From: Dehalococcoidia bacterium
GTDB taxonomy: Bacteria; Chloroflexota; Dehalococcoidia; UBA6926
Assembly (NCBI GenBank): GCA_009841045.1
Contig: VXMO01000028.1
Coordinates: 2,916 to 66,915, forward strand
Reading direction: 5' to 3'
DNA: 64,000 nt
In this document: in pieces, positions 59,494 through 64,000 of the stretch
Layout: every line of letters starts with the position of its first letter
Position numbering within the stretch: the first letter of the stretch is position 1
Notes under the pieces: generated by a model
Database searches by the model: none
What the model was told of the DNA's origin: nothing
Seen by the model: the letters and a program-made list of their open reading frames with translations, nothing else
Position numbers and translations under genes: made by a program

Positions 59494-61047
59494 TCACATC
59501 ATGCGGGCGTCGTCCGGGCCCATGCCGGGCGGCGGGCTTTCCTCGTGAGGTCGCAAATCGGAGCGCACGCGCATCCAGCGCGGCAATGGCGCGCGAATCG
59601 GCCTCTCCTCAGTTGCCGCCGTCGCAGGTTTCGTCTCCGGCTTGTGACGCGGAGGCGGGTACAGCTCGCGGATGTTTGCCCAGATGGCGCGAATCTGGCC
59701 CACGTCCTCTCCTGACGGCGGGATTCCCCCGTACCGCGCCCGCACAAACGAATTAGTGAAGATGCCGATATCCTGCCCGACAAACAGTCGGCTGAGTTCC
59801 GGGTGAAACTCCTCCGGCGTCTCCCACCCCTCGCGTGAAACCCCATGATCGTCGGCCAGCGCCACCAGCCCCCGGTACGCGCCCAACGCGACGGAAACAG
59901 GGTTGTTGGGGTCCAGATCAGCTGTAATGTCGTCGTGTTTGGGTGGTCGGCGGAATCGGGCGGCCAGCGCCGACAACGCGGACGAAAGGTCCTCGACAAT
60001 CGTCGTCTCGCCCTGCAGCCTTTCGCGTTCCTCGCCCATCTCCGCCTGTGAGCGCCGTCCTCGGAAACCCGAGAACAGCCGCCACAGGAACCACGCGACC
60101 CCAACAACCGCCGCCGTCACCGCCGCCCAGCCGAAGATGCGAGACAGCCAATACAGCAGCCTGTTCTCTTCCTCGGACTGCGTGAATATCCGCTCGAAAT
60201 CCGGCGCGGACGGCAGCTGAAGCTCGGGGCTCTCTCCCTCCGTGGCAAAGAAACGAACCACCTCAAAGAACGCCCAGACGAACGCCTGGATGACAATCTC
60301 AAAGACCCAGCCAATAACAACCAGAACGGGCAGGAACAGCCGTCCCGCGAACCCGAACGCGGTCCCCGCAAACCGTCCTAACTCGCCCTCTGCAAGGACG
60401 GCCAGCAGAACGCTGCCGATGAGGATGCCACCCACGGTCAGCGCCATCATCCGCGGCCAATCCCGCAGACCCGCGCTCTGCTCCGGGTCCATCGACGTGA
60501 TATGGATCAGCGCGAACGACGCGATGCCCATCCCGAAGAAGAGGAATGTGGGGATCGGCGCGCCGGAATAGCTATCAATCAGGACATCGACAACCACCCC
60601 CACCACTACAACGGCAACACCGATGCGGAACGACTGCGCCAGGTTGTTCACCCAGACGACTTCCTGCCCAAGGTGGGTGCCGCGCCACCAGAACACGCCG
60701 AGCATGACGCCGCCGACAATTGCGTGCCGCCCTTCCTGCCAGTCCTGCCAGAACCACAGCGGCCAGGAAAAATCCCAACCCACCTGCGGCAGCATGACGA
60801 CTCCCAGATAGATGACGATTGCGCCGCCGCCCGCCACGATGCCTCGCGCCGCCGCCATGGTCGCGCCCGCGGGAACAATCCAGCGCGTGAGAATGTACCC
60901 GGATACCGTGACAATCAGCGCCAGCCAGACGGGAACAAGGCTCTCCCCCGCCCCGATCAGCAGCAGCGCAAGAGCGCCCGCAATGGTGATCCACGCCACT
61001 TCCATCGTGAGGCGCGTACCCTCCAGTGCCAGCGGCGCCCACCTCAT
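59494..61047 (-). CDS. polytopic membrane protein, probable DUF4129-type third gene of a MoxR operon
   Basis: About 10 TM helices, then a soluble C-terminal domain. The start overlaps the DUF58 gene stop (ATGA). Confidence 0.5.
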   Translation of the reverse strand: MRWAPLALEGTRLTMEVAWITIAGALALLLIGAGESLVPVWLALIVTVSGYILTRWIVPAGATMAAARGIVAGGGAIVIYLGVVMLPQVGWDFSWPLWFWQDWQEGRHAIVGGVMLGVFWWRGTHLGQEVVWVNNLAQSFRIGVAVVVVGVVVDVLIDSYSGAPIPTFLFFGMGIASFALIHITSMDPEQSAGLRDWPRMMALTVGGILIGSVLLAVLAEGELGRFAGTAFGFAGRLFLPVLVVIGWVFEIVIQAFVWAFFEVVRFFATEGESPELQLPSAPDFERIFTQSEEENRLLYWLSRIFGWAAVTAAVVGVAWFLWRLFSGFRGRRSQAEMGEERERLQGETTIVEDLSSALSALAARFRRPPKHDDITADLDPNNPVSVALGAYRGLVALADDHGVSREGWETPEEFHPELSRLFVGQDIGIFTNSFVRARYGGIPPSGEDVGQIRAIWANIRELYPPPRHKPETKPATAATEERPIRAPLPRWMRVRSDLRPHEESPPPGMGPDDARMM

Positions 61048-62330
61048 TCCATCACCGCCTGTGCCGGAACAACGTGCTCCACGCGACGAGTCACTCCCGG
61101 CCGGAAGACCGCTTCATGCTCCAGTTGCGCCATCTGATGCCCGATCTCATGCACGATGATGTCCGGGTCGGACAGCAGCGGTGATGGTGTTTCGGAGGTC
61201 CACACCACGCTCGGCTTTGCGCCCGCCCGTCGCAGCGTGTGCAGCGCGTCAATCGTCTCCTCATCAATCACGCTTGTGACGAGGACGATAGTTGCGCCGA
61301 CCGGCAGCCGCCGTGTCTGCTCCAACAGGAATTGCCCCATCGCCTGCCGCCCTAGCGGCGTCACGACCGCGAGGTTCTCCAGCACTGTCGTTAGCTGTTG
61401 CCGAGAGCGATTCGGCAGCACGCGTATCGGCTCGTCCGTCAACGGCGACACGCTGTTCGTCATCAGGCCGAATGACATCTTTCGCGCGTAGGCCCATTCG
61501 GCAATTGACGCCGCCGCGGTCACTCCCCGCTCCAAGAGCAGTGGCGAAAACCCCCACTGCCCCTCCGCCGCCGTCAGCGTCTGCGCGTTCAGGGCAAGAA
61601 TCATCGTCTCAGAGACCGACGGCGAGAAAAGCCGCACCGTCAGCGCCTGAGAACGCGCCGTCGCCTTCCAGTCAACGCGTCTCAACGCGTCCCCCGCCTC
61701 ATACGGACGCAACCCTCGTAGCCTGCTCGGATCCTCGTGATAGGGCTGGCCGCCCCGTTGCTCGCCGAACGGACGCCTCGCCGGAATTCCCAGCGCGGGT
61801 AGCGGCAGCGTCTGCGGATAGACAATGACGTGGTCCCACTTGGGCTCAAGACGCTCCGAGAAGAAGAACCCGAACACGTCCCCGCTCGTCACGCTTGCCG
61901 GGCCGAAACGATACAGCCCCCGCTTCCTGCACTCCATCGTGAAGTGCCACGTCACGCGTTCATACCGCGCCAGCGACGTTGAGCGCGTTGTCGTATACGT
62001 CCCTTGCTCCACCCGAATCGTGCGCGGCTTGTCCGCCTCTTCAAGCCCGGACGGGAATTGATCTTCAAGCGTGACCCACGGCATGGGAATCGCCTTGCGG
62101 TTGGTCACGCGAAGATTAACGGTCACGTTGTCGCCCACAAATGCCCGCGTCTCGGACAGAGACCGTTCAAACGTCACCCGCGCCAGGGAAACACGATTCC
62201 ACCCATACGCAACCAGGTACGTCAGGATGATGAGCGCGCCCAGCCCCACCAACAGCCCCTGCCCCGTCGCGAGGCCGATGATCAGCAGCAGGCTGAATGT
62301 AGCAACCCAGCCCCCGGTGAGCGTGAGCAT
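61044..62330 (-). CDS. DUF58 domain protein (VWA-like, MoxR partner)
   Basis: Two N-terminal TM helices, then the DUF58 core. Sits in the typical position between moxR and the membrane protein. Confidence 0.7.
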   Translation of the reverse strand: MLTLTGGWVATFSLLLIIGLATGQGLLVGLGALIILTYLVAYGWNRVSLARVTFERSLSETRAFVGDNVTVNLRVTNRKAIPMPWVTLEDQFPSGLEEADKPRTIRVEQGTYTTTRSTSLARYERVTWHFTMECRKRGLYRFGPASVTSGDVFGFFFSERLEPKWDHVIVYPQTLPLPALGIPARRPFGEQRGGQPYHEDPSRLRGLRPYEAGDALRRVDWKATARSQALTVRLFSPSVSETMILALNAQTLTAAEGQWGFSPLLLERGVTAAASIAEWAYARKMSFGLMTNSVSPLTDEPIRVLPNRSRQQLTTVLENLAVVTPLGRQAMGQFLLEQTRRLPVGATIVLVTSVIDEETIDALHTLRRAGAKPSVVWTSETPSPLLSDPDIIVHEIGHQMAQLEHEAVFRPGVTRRVEHVVPAQAVME

Positions 62331-62332
62331 GT

Positions 62333-63382
62333 CTAGCGGTCCGCCGCCACCTCTTCGGCCACGGTATCGTCCTCCGGTTGCCCGCTTATCGGCACGGGCA
62401 CGGTGCGGAGAACGTCGTCCACCACGTCAAGGGACGTCAGCCCGCGCAGCCGCGCCTGCGCATTCAGGATCACGCGATGCGTCAGCACATACGGCGCAAG
62501 ACGCTTCACGTCGTCCGGCGTCACGTAGTCCCGCCCTTGCTGCAGCGCCAACGCCTGCGACGTGTGATGCAGCGCCAGCGACGCGCGCGGACTTGCGCCA
62601 AGATCCAGTGAGGGATGATCGCGTGTTGAATGAACGATGCCGATGATGTAATCCTCCAGCGCCGGTTCTACGCGCGCAGTCGCAATCTGGTCCTGCATCG
62701 ACAGCAGTTCCTGGGTCGAGAGAACCGGCCTCACGCGTTCAAGCGGGTCGTCTGCGTTGAATCGATGAATCATCCGCGCCTCTTCTTCTGCCGAGGGCAG
62801 GCCGAGACTCAATCGCATGAGGAACCGGTCCAGCTGCGCCTCCGGCAGCGGGAACGTCCCCTCGAGTTCAATAGGGTTTTGGGTGGCCATCACCATAAAG
62901 GGCGCGGGTAGCGGCAGCGTCTCGCCCTCAATCGTCACCTGCCCCTCTTGCATGGCCTCCAGCAGCGCCGACTGCGTCCGTGGCGTGGCTCGGTTCACCT
63001 CATCGGCCAACAGCACTTGCGAGAAGATCGGCCCGTTCCGTAGTTCAAAGTCCCCGGATCGCTGATTGTAGTAGTTGATGCCCGTGATGTCAGCCGGCAT
63101 TAGGTCCGGCGTGAACTGCACACGACTGAACGTGCAGCCCAGCGAGGCGGCCAACGCCTTGGCCAACGTCGTCTTGCCGCTCCCCGGCACGTCCTCAAAA
63201 AGAAGATGCCCGCGACACAGCAATGCCGTAACGGCCAACTCAATGACGTCATCCTTACCCACGATGACCGAGGCCACGCTTTCCGCCACACGCTGCGCGG
63301 CCTCGTGAACAGTTAAGGATTGGTTAGCGATTTTCCCGTCCCCTCCCGTTGGTTCACACAAGTCTACGGTCTGCCCTGCCAA
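62333..63382 (-). CDS. MoxR-family AAA+ ATPase
   Basis: Walker A GVPGSGKT ([18 protein letters not shown]), Walker [10 protein letters not shown], sensor region. Confidence 0.9.
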   Translation of the reverse strand: MAGQTVDLCEPTGGDGKIANQSLTVHEAAQRVAESVASVIVGKDDVIELAVTALLCRGHLLFEDVPGSGKTTLAKALAASLGCTFSRVQFTPDLMPADITGINYYNQRSGDFELRNGPIFSQVLLADEVNRATPRTQSALLEAMQEGQVTIEGETLPLPAPFMVMATQNPIELEGTFPLPEAQLDRFLMRLSLGLPSAEEEARMIHRFNADDPLERVRPVLSTQELLSMQDQIATARVEPALEDYIIGIVHSTRDHPSLDLGASPRASLALHHTSQALALQQGRDYVTPDDVKRLAPYVLTHRVILNAQARLRGLTSLDVVDDVLRTVPVPISGQPEDDTVAEEVAADR

Positions 63383-63509
63383 GCGGCAAGGAACTATACC
63401 CGTCTATACACCCCCCTGTCTGACTGCTAGGATGAGCGTGGTGGGGGAAAATGTACGCGCGCGGCGCGGCTGCCCACACAAGAAGCAGAATCCAAATGGG
63501 AGGACACAA

Positions 63510-64000
63510 GAATGCCGGACACGATTGTCTCTCACGACGTTGACCTGGTGAAGGGATATGCCGCTTATCCCATGGCGGAAGGCAAGTACCCGGGCATCGT
63601 CGTGATTCAGGAGTGGTGGGGACTTGATGAGCACATCCGGGACGTCACCCGCCGATTCGCGCGACAGGGCTACACCGCCATCGCGCCTGACCTGTTCCAC
63701 GGCGACGTGGTAAACGAGCCCTCCGAGGCGCAGAAGCTGGCCATGGGCCTTGATCGCGGCCGCGCAGTTCGCGACACCCGCGCTGCCATCGACTACATCA
63801 GGAATTGTGAGTCCTCGAACGGCAGCGTGGCCGTCATCGGCTACTGCCTCGGCGGCGGCGTTTCCTTGCTGACCGCGACTGAGGACGATAGCGTCTCCGC
63901 GACCATCGTCTACTACGGCGGCATACCTGATCCCGCCGACCTGCTGAATAACGTGAATTCGCCCGTGCTCTCCGTCTATGGCAGCGACGAGGCGGATCGC
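63510..64000 (+). CDS. dienelactone hydrolase family protein (3' end lies outside the window)
   Basis: ATG follows GGGAGGACACAAGA. GYCLGGG nucleophile elbow. The frame is open to the window end, so the ORF track misses it. Confidence 0.7.

Overview
This is a high-GC (about 65%) chromosomal window from a bacterium. The gene content points tentatively to Chloroflexota/Thermomicrobia-like rather than Actinobacteria: ftsA is present next to ftsZ, Shine-Dalgarno sites are strong GGAGG, and PAC2 and mycoredoxin-like genes occur. Almost every gene is housekeeping. Those called are: fusA 3' end, etfBA diverging from an EtfD-like membrane Fe-S oxidoreductase, hflKC, nth-like, pyrF, secA, pyrB-prs, purA, the lysine-pathway genes dapA-yggS-asd-dapB, pnp-rpsO, priA, rplS-trmD-mogA, rsmH-ftsA-ftsZ, ispH, tRNA-Pro(TGG), and a MoxR-DUF58-DUF4129 operon. 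No rRNA, CRISPR array, transposase or integrase was seen. The things worth a second look are these. (1) A ZnuA/AztC-type metal-binding lipoprotein whose His-rich loop carries a roughly 390-aa beta-propeller-like domain, possibly AztD-chaperone-like, flanked by two His/Asp/Glu-rich stretches. (2) Two adjacent paralogous lipoproteins made of two and three tandem sCache_2-like ligand-binding domains with no signalling output, transcribed divergently from (1). (3) A four-gene + strand block: a ChlI/BchI-family AAA+ ATPase, a VWA protein, a C-terminal ribbon-helix-helix protein, and a 482-aa glycine-zipper protein of unknown type. (4) Two low-GC (about 50%) single-gene insertions: a PD-(D/E)xK-like gene between an SDR and an acyl-CoA dehydrogenase gene, and an unknown gene sitting where mraZ normally precedes rsmH. 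(5) At least four families of short dispersed palindromic elements in intergenic regions, where the stems covary to keep pairing while the loops stay fixed, often nested in pairs. (6) Long low-complexity tails on ribosomal protein L19 (acidic) and PNPase (Arg/Gly/Asp/Pro-rich).
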